From a bacterium (lineage in GTDB: Bacteria; Krumholzibacteriota; Krumholzibacteriia; G020349025), in assembly GCA_031362565.1 (NCBI GenBank), contig JANLSU010000081.1, forward strand, positions 1 through 64,000: a stretch of 64,000 nt of DNA. The letters run 5' to 3'. Each line of letters begins with the position of its first letter. Positions within the stretch are counted from its first letter, which is position 1. Position numbers and translations under genes: made by a program. Shown here piece after piece: positions 19,059 through 27,185 of this stretch. The notes under the pieces are model-generated. The model was not told where the DNA came from, ran no database searches, and was given only the letters and a program-made list of their open reading frames with translations.

Positions 19059-21986
19059 ATGAAACGCTTGGCAACGTCGTTCCTTCTCGTGGGTTTGTCG
19101 GCCTTCACGACCGTCGCCAGCGCGGCTCCGACTTGGACATCGCTGCCCACGGACTCACCCGGCAACCATCAGTGGGGGGCGGCGGTGGTGGCCAAGGCGC
19201 CTGGGTTGGGCGGAACCGACCGAATCTACGTCATCGGCGGCGGATACAATTCCATCGATTTCGCCCGAGTCGACATGCTTGATCCCGTGCCGCCGCTCAC
19301 TTGGAGTACGAGTGCCTATCCGTTTCCCGGCACTCCCACCTACCACCACGCAGCTGTTGCCGCTCCTGATGGTTCCATTTACGTGCTGGGGGGAGCGGAC
19401 GCCACGAACTCGAACGCGAACGCTGTCTGGCAATTTGTTCCCTCCCCTCCGACCTGGACCCAAAGGACCTCGTACCCGGGACCGCAAAGGGCGGATATTG
19501 GCGCTGTCGTCGCCAACGACGGTGTTCGCGACTGCATCTTCATCTTCGGTGGAAAAAACACCACCACCGGAGCCATTTATAACAACGCATACAAGTATCC
19601 CTTCACCGGCCCTAGTGCCAATACCTGGGTCACTCTGAGCAACTCGATCCTTACCGGCGGTTGCGTGGCGGTACGTTCGTGCGACAACAAGATCTACTTG
19701 GACGGTGCTTACAAGTATGACCCCGTCACGGCGACCTGGGATCCCAACTCTCCCTGCGTGAATCCCTTCGGCGGAACGAGTGCGGCGATGTGCACCGGCT
19801 CCGACGGCAAGATCTACGGCGCGGGTGGAGGCTTTAATTGCGCCACGAACGCGGTGTGGTCCTGGGACCGCATCTGTCCCGGCCCTGGCGGGCCGGAGGC
19901 TTCCCTGCCCCATCCGTTGGGTGGTATGCCGGGTACAAGCTACGGCAACTATTTCTATGTGTTTGGAGGCGAAAACAAGGCAAGCTGCGGCCCCAACTAT
20001 CCCACCCAGGCGATCCGCTACGGTCCCCTTGGTTCCTGCTCGTCGTGCGCTGTGGGCCAGTGTCTCGAAGTGTGTGCCGCACAGTGGAAGGGCGCCACGA
20101 CGAACCTGTGGCGCGGCGTATCCACGGACTGGGAAGGCGGGTTCCCCACGACTGAACGTGCGCTCCTCTGGCAGACCGGCACCGCCAGTAACATCTGTAT
20201 CTTGAACACGAGCGAGAGCCCGTGCGGGGTGACCGTGCGTGGGACGTCAGGCACGCAGACGCAGATTCTGCAAATCAACAGTCCCGGAACACTTTCGCCG
20301 GTGAACGATGCACTCATCGATGCGTATGGCATCGTTCAGATCAACGCGGGAGGCTCGCTGATCACCCCGACCAGCCCGGCGCAGTACGCGACCATCGCCG
20401 CCAATGGGATCGTGGAGATGGCGGGAGGAGCTTTCACCGGCTTCAAGCACATGGATGCAGGTGGGATCCTGCGCGGTTACGGTTTCGTCAACGGTCTTGG
20501 CCGCCAGTACGGGACGGTTGAAGGCTCGGCACTCGGGTCTGGGGTGCTGGACGTGACTGCCGGGTCCTATTCGGGCTTCCCCAACTACGGCGCCATTCGC
20601 GTCGTTCCGAATTCCACGGTCTACTACCATGGGCTTGCCTTGGGGACCAACTATGGCTCCATCGATATCCAGGCCGGCGGCACATTCCGCTGCGCTGGAG
20701 TACAGAACAACCTTGGCGGGCACCAAGCGCCCGGCGATGGACGTGTCGACGTGCACGGAGGAATCCTGCGCGGGGACGGTGGCGTCGTCGTGCAAGGCGT
20801 CGACGCGCGTCTCTGTCTTGCCGATGGGGCCACGGTACAAGGTCCGACCCTAAACGTGTTCGGAAGTGGCATCCTAACTTGCAATGCCGGAACCAATTTC
20901 ATCAACAGTACGCTCTCGTTGAATGCCGCCGGTGTCTTTCAGATGCTTCCACAGACGAACACGACTGCGAGCGGCCCCATCACGGTCGGCAGCACCGGGG
21001 TCATCAACATCGCGAGCGGTGCGTTGCTGAGCGCCCCCACGCTCACCAACGCGGGGCAGGTCAATATTGCAGCGGGGAGTAAGTTGACTCTTGTTGGGGC
21101 CTACAGCGGTACCGGCCCCACCCTACTCGCTCTGGGTGTACCGGTGTCCATTGTGAACTGCGAGCCTTGTCTTGCCAGCATCCCCACAGAGGTGCTCGCG
21201 GAGACAGCAAAGCTGAATGTGGCGGGCAACTTCGTTTCGGATGCAGCTTCTAGTGTCAGCTTCGGGTCGGCTCTGGCCCAGATCTCCGGCAACTTCGACG
21301 TGGCGATCGATACGGGCTCACGATTCGCCTTGGTGAACGCGACACTGCAGCTGACCGGAAACCCTGCGAACGGCAACCAGACTGTCGAGGTCATGGCGCC
21401 TGACGCAGGCCCAAGCGTGCTGTTCGAAGATTCGTCGCACTTCGGAATCGGCACCCTCCGTCTGGGGCCAACGACGGCGACGATCAAGCTGGTGAACAAT
21501 CGCGGTGCCGCCGGTCAGGTGCTCTACGTGCGGCATCTGTTGATCGACGCCGGGGTCACCCTCGACCTGGCCGGAAGGCGGATCTACTACGGCGACTTGG
21601 TGCAAGGAACCAGCACTCACATCACTGATTCCGTCGGTGGCGGCGCGCTCAGCCAGGGGGCGTTCACCTATCTGCCCGTCGATGTCCAAACGCCGGTCCC
21701 GGCGGGGAGTCTGCTCACGGTGCGCCAGAACGTGCCGAACCCCTTCAACCCGGTGACGGTCATCACCTTCTCCATGGCGCGGGCTGGTCACGTCGCGATC
21801 CGCGTCTACGACATCCGGGGCGGGCTCGTCGCCACTTTGCACGTTGGGGACCTCGAGGCGGGCCAACACTCGGTGCGTTGGAGCGGACGAAACACTGCTG
21901 GAGAGAGTGTCAGTAGCGGGCTGTACTTCTGTCGCTCCGAGGGACTCGGCGAAAGTCACACGATCAGCATGACGCTGCTGAAGTAG
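19059..21986 (+). CDS. Large secreted Kelch-repeat protein with beta-helix-like region and FlgD-Ig C-terminal domain
   Basis: AAGGAG-ATG; signal peptide; IYVIGG/IYVLGG/IFIFGG/IYGAGG/FYVFGG Kelch blades; G/N-rich beta repeats; QNVPNPFNP..SGLYF. Confidence 0.82.
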   Translation: MKRLATSFLLVGLSAFTTVASAAPTWTSLPTDSPGNHQWGAAVVAKAPGLGGTDRIYVIGGGYNSIDFARVDMLDPVPPLTWSTSAYPFPGTPTYHHAAVAAPDGSIYVLGGADATNSNANAVWQFVPSPPTWTQRTSYPGPQRADIGAVVANDGVRDCIFIFGGKNTTTGAIYNNAYKYPFTGPSANTWVTLSNSILTGGCVAVRSCDNKIYLDGAYKYDPVTATWDPNSPCVNPFGGTSAAMCTGSDGKIYGAGGGFNCATNAVWSWDRICPGPGGPEASLPHPLGGMPGTSYGNYFYVFGGENKASCGPNYPTQAIRYGPLGSCSSCAVGQCLEVCAAQWKGATTNLWRGVSTDWEGGFPTTERALLWQTGTASNICILNTSESPCGVTVRGTSGTQTQILQINSPGTLSPVNDALIDAYGIVQINAGGSLITPTSPAQYATIAANGIVEMAGGAFTGFKHMDAGGILRGYGFVNGLGRQYGTVEGSALGSGVLDVTAGSYSGFPNYGAIRVVPNSTVYYHGLALGTNYGSIDIQAGGTFRCAGVQNNLGGHQAPGDGRVDVHGGILRGDGGVVVQGVDARLCLADGATVQGPTLNVFGSGILTCNAGTNFINSTLSLNAAGVFQMLPQTNTTASGPITVGSTGVINIASGALLSAPTLTNAGQVNIAAGSKLTLVGAYSGTGPTLLALGVPVSIVNCEPCLASIPTEVLAETAKLNVAGNFVSDAASSVSFGSALAQISGNFDVAIDTGSRFALVNATLQLTGNPANGNQTVEVMAPDAGPSVLFEDSSHFGIGTLRLGPTTATIKLVNNRGAAGQVLYVRHLLIDAGVTLDLAGRRIYYGDLVQGTSTHITDSVGGGALSQGAFTYLPVDVQTPVPAGSLLTVRQNVPNPFNPVTVITFSMARAGHVAIRVYDIRGGLVATLHVGDLEAGQHSVRWSGRNTAGESVSSGLYFCRSEGLGESHTISMTLLK

Positions 21987-22015
21987 AACCAAACCCGACT
22001 GAAATGGAGAATGAC

Positions 22016-23026
22016 ATGGATCCGTTGCCATACCGTAGCATCAAGACTGCTGTTGCGGCAGGTTTCTTCACCGTAGCCGCCTTGGTGGCCCAGGCGTCCA
22101 GCGCGATGCCGCCGGCCTTCGTCTTGAAGTGGGGTACAACGGGCAGCGGCCCGGGGCAATTCCGCGACCCCCTCGGGGTCGCCGTGGGCCCGAGCGGTTG
22201 CGTCTATGTCCTGGACCACGCGAATGACCGCATCGAAAAATTCAATAGCCAGGGTGTGTTCAGCCTCGCTTGGGGTTCGCATGGTTCCGGGCCCGGGTTC
22301 TTCGGCTTCATCTATGGAGTTGCCGCAGATCCGATTGGCGGCTTCGTCTACGTGGTCGACAAGAACCCCTTCGCGAACACGTACGTCCAGAAGTTCGACA
22401 GCAACGGCAACTTTGTGAGCGCCTGGGGAACCTACGGGCCGAACACCGGCGAGTTCGCTTACCCCAACACGATCGCTGTGGACCCGACGGGCCACTTCGT
22501 CTACGTCGCCGACGACGGCAACCATCGCATCCAAAAGTTCGACTCCGATGGCAACTTTGTCCGCGCCTGGGGCCAACTAGGGCCTGGCGATGGCGATCTC
22601 CAAAGCACGTTCGGAATCGCGGTGGCCCCGAATGGCGATGTCTATGTGTCGGACCAGAACCTCGGCATTCAGAAGTTTGACGATCAAGGCCGCTTCCTCC
22701 ACAGGTGGTGTCTTCCCGGCCCGAGCGATGGGCAGTGCATGGCTCCATACGGCGTCGCCTTGGATCCGCTCGGAAACGCTTACGTGGTGGATAGCAACAG
22801 CCACCGGGTACAGAAGTTCGACAGCAGCGATGGATTCCTCCTCAAGTGGGGCACGGACGGTGTTGGAGACGGTCAGTTCCACTACCCCGCCGGCATCGCC
22901 GTCGACCCGAGCGGTGCTTTCATCTACGTCGCAGATCACGCAAACAATCGTATCGAGAAGTTCGAGCAAGGAACCGTCGCGTCGGTACCGCTGAGTTGGA
23001 CCTTGCTGAAGGGCATGTATCGTTGA
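22016..23026 (+). CDS. Secreted NHL-repeat six-bladed beta-propeller protein
   Basis: Repeated P.GIAVD..G.VYVAD..NHRIQKF; signal peptide; C-terminal SWTLLKGMYR. Confidence 0.88.
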   Translation: MDPLPYRSIKTAVAAGFFTVAALVAQASSAMPPAFVLKWGTTGSGPGQFRDPLGVAVGPSGCVYVLDHANDRIEKFNSQGVFSLAWGSHGSGPGFFGFIYGVAADPIGGFVYVVDKNPFANTYVQKFDSNGNFVSAWGTYGPNTGEFAYPNTIAVDPTGHFVYVADDGNHRIQKFDSDGNFVRAWGQLGPGDGDLQSTFGIAVAPNGDVYVSDQNLGIQKFDDQGRFLHRWCLPGPSDGQCMAPYGVALDPLGNAYVVDSNSHRVQKFDSSDGFLLKWGTDGVGDGQFHYPAGIAVDPSGAFIYVADHANNRIEKFEQGTVASVPLSWTLLKGMYR

Positions 23027-23074
23027 AGCGACTCGGGCCGAGAACGCGCCGCCGGCTTTGATGGAGCCACGCAC

Positions 23075-23797
23075 TTAGTGCAGTTGGAACTCGATCGGGA
23101 TCACGATCCACACCGCCACGGGACGCTCCTGTTGCAGCGCCGGCTTGAAGACCGCGGTGCGCGCTGCCGTGAGCGCCGCATCGTCGAGCCCCAGGACGCT
23201 TTGTAAGAGCAGTGCTTGGTGCACGAACCCGTCTTCACCGACCAGGACACGGACCAGCACCGTGCCATCGATGTGTGCATCGCGCGCCAGCTCCGGATAC
23301 ACCGGCGCTTGCATGGTGACCAGCACAGGTTCGCGTTCGACGGGGATGTAGTCGTCCGGAGACGGCCAGATCGATGCGAGTTCGCCCGTGCCGGCAACGG
23401 CCTCATCGCTCGGGCCGGCAGGTGTCGAGTCGCTCGGATGCGCCGTCGACGCGCCGGGATTGAGCGCCGCAGGATCGGTCGACTCATCCACCGGGCGCGG
23501 CACCGGCACGATCCGCGCCAATGCCGACCGTATCGGGGGTCTCGGATGCGGCAGGCGCGGGACGATTTGGGTCACGAATGCCGGCACCGGACCGAAGTCG
23601 ACGACCGTCGTGACATGCGGCGCCGGTCGTGCCAAAGGATCGAGACCACGCCCCGCGTGCAGAGCCACGGCAACCGCCAGGGTCGCGAGCGTGGCCAAGA
23701 GGAAGGCCCGCGACAGGTAGTCGTTGGTCGTGAACTTGTCGAGAAAACCCCAGTGCAGATCCGTGGGTGAATTCGGTTGCAGCCGACGCATGCTCAT
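23075..23797 (-). CDS. tonB: TonB family protein (orphan paralog)
   Basis: GGAGG-ATG; TM; C-terminal YPELARDAHIDGTVLVRVLV..FKPA. Confidence 0.85.
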   Translation of the reverse strand: MSMRRLQPNSPTDLHWGFLDKFTTNDYLSRAFLLATLATLAVAVALHAGRGLDPLARPAPHVTTVVDFGPVPAFVTQIVPRLPHPRPPIRSALARIVPVPRPVDESTDPAALNPGASTAHPSDSTPAGPSDEAVAGTGELASIWPSPDDYIPVEREPVLVTMQAPVYPELARDAHIDGTVLVRVLVGEDGFVHQALLLQSVLGLDDAALTAARTAVFKPALQQERPVAVWIVIPIEFQLH

Positions 23798-23864
23798 GTC
23801 TTTTCCCTCCGGCGAAAGGGTCCGGTGGGTGGGTGCCGCAAGATGTGGGACGCAAGGCACGGCG

Positions 23865-24377
23865 TCAAGTGAGGCGCACCTGGCGATAAGTGCGATGGAT
23901 GTACCAAAAAGCCGCCGCCACGACCGGCACGAGGAGCCAACTCGCTTCCATCCCGCACTGACCGCCGGTCAGCCAGCCGGGACCATGAAACTCGGCCGCA
24001 ATCAACCGGTCGTCGAGCGGTTTGCCGCCATTGCCGGTATTGGGCGCCCCGAAGAGAACGAGGGCGGCGAAGTCGAACGCGGCGTGAAATCCTGCCGCCA
24101 GCCACAGACTGCCGGTGCGGCGAAACGCGAAGCACTAGTCGAGCGGCAATCCGAACTCACGGGTTCGGCGCCGCGTGAGGCGCGCCATGACGGCAGTCAC
24201 CAGCATCACCGCCACGAATCCACACGTCTCGGCAATCCAGAAACCGCGCGCCACCCATCCGTCGCTGGGCTGGTACCCAAAGGCCTTGAAGCCGACGTAC
24301 GTGAGGGCCCCATTCAGACCCTGAGAAAGCACCACGAAGAGAACGAAAAGCCATCCAGCCCGCAGAGCGGCTCGCAT
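23865..24377 (-). pseudogene. CPBP (CAAX/Abi) intramembrane metalloprotease pseudogene with internal deletion and in-frame TAG
   Basis: 80-aa TM N-terminus, TAG at 24135-24137, then in-frame CFAFRRTGSLWLAAGFHAAFD...GPGWLTGGQCGMEAS to TGA 23865; EExxxR motif absent. Confidence 0.7.
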
Positions 24378-24432
24378 CGCATCACCCCTTTTGGGGGCAG
24401 TACGACGCGCCGGGCGGAATGTTACGGGGCGG

Positions 24433-24448
24433 GGGCACGCCCTTTGCG
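24433..24448 (+). promoter_or_regulatory. Putative sigma54 -24/-12 promoter upstream of the kinase
   Basis: GGGCACGCCCTTTGCG, fitting (T)GGCAC-N5-TTGC. Confidence 0.5.
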
Positions 24449-24581
24449 TTTTGTAGCGCGTTCGAGGCGCGCGTTTGGCGGTGGCGGGAAACCCACCCGG
24501 GGGCCAATTCCGGACGCGTCGTGCATCCGAGGGACGCCATCCTGACAAGCGTTCTTGCAACGCGCGGGAGGGGGGAGACGC

Positions 24582-27185
24582 ATGCTTTGCACGGGCACCA
24601 GCATTGGCCCTTACGAGGTGTTGGCCGCCATCGGCGCCGGCGGGATGGGTGAGGTGTACCGGGCGCGCGACTCCCGACTTGCACGCGACGTCGCTATCAA
24701 AGTCATTCCACGGGCGCTCGCGTCCGACACCTCCCGGTTGCGCCGCTTCGAACAAGAGGCGCAGGCCGCAGGCATGCTGAACCATCCGAACCTCGTTGCG
24801 GTGTACGACTTCGGGACGGCCGGCGATGGTGTGCCCTATCTCGTCACCGAATTGCTCGAGGGTGAGACACTGCGCAATCGCTTGGCGAGCGGTCCGATTC
24901 CGGTGCGCAAGGCCATCGACTACGCGCTCCAGATCGCTCACGGACTCGCGGCCGCCCACGACAAGGGCATCGTGCATCGCGATCTCAAACCGGAAAACCT
25001 GTTTGTGACCCGCGACGGACGCGTCAAGATCCTCGATTTCGGGTTGGCCAAACTCGTGCGCGACGATTTTGCACCGTTGACGCGGCCCGCCAAGACGGAA
25101 TCCAGCGCCGGCATTGCCGCGACCGTCGTGCTACCGACCGAGCCCGGAACGTTGCTCGGAACCGTCGGCTACATGTCGCCCGAGCAAGTGCGCGGCGCCG
25201 CGGTCGATCACCGAACGGACCTCTTCTCCTTCGGCACCGTCCTCTACGAGATGCTGTCTGGCCGCCGCGCGTTCGGGGGCGATTCCGGCGTCGAGACTCT
25301 GTACGCGATCCTCGAAGAAGAACCGCGCGACCTCGCGGATTTCAATCCGGCACTGCCGCCGGCGTTGGAGCGCATCGTCATGCATGCGCTCGAGAAGAAT
25401 CCGGAAGAGCGCTTCCAATCAGCCCGCGATTTGGGCTTTCATCTGCAAGCGATCTCGAACCCGTCGGGTGCGTCACGTTCGACGGCGATTCGGTCACCGG
25501 GACGGCGGCGGCGGCGGACGCTCACGGGGACGGCGATCGGTCTCGGGCTTGCGGCCGCGCTCATCACCGCCTTCCTGGCCGGCAAAGGCGCGGTGCGGGT
25601 GCCGGCACCGGTTTTCAAACAGCTCACCTTCCGGCGTGGCACACTCGATGCGGCGCGGTTCGCGCCGGACGGGCAGGCGATGGTCTACAGCGCCGGCTGG
25701 GACGGCATGCCGTCGGAACTCTTCACGACGCGCGTCGACGCGGTGGAATCGCGACCGCTAGGGCTCGCGAACGCTGATCTGCTCGCCGTGTCGACCAACG
25801 GTGAAATGGCGGTGTTGCTCGGCAGCCACCCACACCGGCCCTTCACCCGCAGCGGCACCCTGGCGCGGGTGCTGTTGGCCGGCGGCGCGCCGCGCGAGAT
25901 CGCCGCCAACGTGCAAGCCGCCGATTGGTCCCCGGACGGTACCACCCTAGCGATCGTCCGCGATCAGCAGGACAAGATCTGCCTCGAGTATCCGATGGGC
26001 ACCGTGCTGTACTCCACGGCGGGATGGATCGGCAATCCCCGTGTGTCGCGGGACGGAACGCAGATCGCCTTCATCGATCATCCGATGCGCGGTGACGACG
26101 GCGGGGCCATTGCGGTCGTCGACAAAGCCGGACACAAGCAAACATTGTCCAGCGGTTGGCTGAGCGCCCAGGGTCTCGCGTGGTCGTCGCGCGGCGACGA
26201 AGTTTGGTTTACGGCGACGCGCGTCGGGATCGCCCGCGCCGTCCACGCCGTCACTCTGACCGGCCAAGAGCGCCAGCTCTCCAACGTGCCCGGCACCGTG
26301 ACGTTGCATGACATCACCGCCGACGGGCGGCTGTTGCTGAGTTCGGACGTGTGCCGGATGCGCGCCGCATTCGCCCGCACCGGCGAAACAGCCGAGCGCG
26401 ATCTCTCGTGGCTCGACTGGTCTTTGTTGCGCGACCTCTCCGCCGACGGCAAGACGATTCTGATCAATGAGACCGGCGAGGGTGCCGGAGCAACATACGG
26501 CATCTACGTGCGGGGCACGGACGGGTCGCCGGCGGTGCGGCTCGGAGACGGCGTCGGCATGGCACTTTCTCCCGACGGCCTGTGGGCGTTGTCGTTTCTG
26601 CACGGCTCCAAAGAGTCGATCAGCTTGCTGCCCACCGGCGCCGGGGAGGCCCGCGCCGTGGCTTGCAGTCTCGGAGTCGTACGCTGGATGGCGTGGTTTC
26701 CCGACGGCAAGCGAATCCTCGTGCTTGGCGGGCGCGAGGATGAAGCACCGCAACTCTACGAGCTGGGATTGTCGGACGGGACGTTGCGCGCCATCACGCA
26801 CGACGCCATCGTGGGCCCGGCAATCGTGTCGCCGGACGGCACGCGCCTCGTGGCTCGTGACTCCGAATGGCGTCCAACGTTGTACCAGGTGGCGGATGGC
26901 ACCACGCGGCTTCTTCCAGGCTTGTCGTCGGCGCTGACGCCAGTCCGGTGGAGCGCCGACGGCGGTTGCATCTATCTCTCCGAGCGCAGCAGTTCCCCGG
27001 AAGGCCGGGTGCTCTGTTACGACATGCTCTCGTGCAAGGCGGTTCCCCAGGTGACGATCGTGCCGTCGGATCCGGCCGGCATCCGCGGTGTCGCGCCGAT
27101 CGCAATTACACCCGACGGCAAGGCCTATGCGTACAGTTCGGCGCGGGTTCTATCCAGCCTCTTCCTGGTCGACGATCTGCGCTGA
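24582..27185 (+). CDS. Ser/Thr protein kinase with TM and TolB/PD40-like beta-propeller
   Basis: GAGGMGEVY, VAIK, HRDLKPEN, DFG, YMSPE; repeated W/F-SPDG. Confidence 0.93.
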   Translation: MLCTGTSIGPYEVLAAIGAGGMGEVYRARDSRLARDVAIKVIPRALASDTSRLRRFEQEAQAAGMLNHPNLVAVYDFGTAGDGVPYLVTELLEGETLRNRLASGPIPVRKAIDYALQIAHGLAAAHDKGIVHRDLKPENLFVTRDGRVKILDFGLAKLVRDDFAPLTRPAKTESSAGIAATVVLPTEPGTLLGTVGYMSPEQVRGAAVDHRTDLFSFGTVLYEMLSGRRAFGGDSGVETLYAILEEEPRDLADFNPALPPALERIVMHALEKNPEERFQSARDLGFHLQAISNPSGASRSTAIRSPGRRRRRTLTGTAIGLGLAAALITAFLAGKGAVRVPAPVFKQLTFRRGTLDAARFAPDGQAMVYSAGWDGMPSELFTTRVDAVESRPLGLANADLLAVSTNGEMAVLLGSHPHRPFTRSGTLARVLLAGGAPREIAANVQAADWSPDGTTLAIVRDQQDKICLEYPMGTVLYSTAGWIGNPRVSRDGTQIAFIDHPMRGDDGGAIAVVDKAGHKQTLSSGWLSAQGLAWSSRGDEVWFTATRVGIARAVHAVTLTGQERQLSNVPGTVTLHDITADGRLLLSSDVCRMRAAFARTGETAERDLSWLDWSLLRDLSADGKTILINETGEGAGATYGIYVRGTDGSPAVRLGDGVGMALSPDGLWALSFLHGSKESISLLPTGAGEARAVACSLGVVRWMAWFPDGKRILVLGGREDEAPQLYELGLSDGTLRAITHDAIVGPAIVSPDGTRLVARDSEWRPTLYQVADGTTRLLPGLSSALTPVRWSADGGCIYLSERSSSPEGRVLCYDMLSCKAVPQVTIVPSDPAGIRGVAPIAITPDGKAYAYSSARVLSSLFLVDDLR

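Noticed and set aside
22120..22970. Nucleotide-level repeats suggesting an array
   Set aside because: Explained by NHL protein repeats within a CDS
24135..24137. Pyrrolysine or programmed read-through at the in-frame TAG
   Set aside because: Catalytic motifs would still be missing and there are no pyl genes in the window; deletion is simpler
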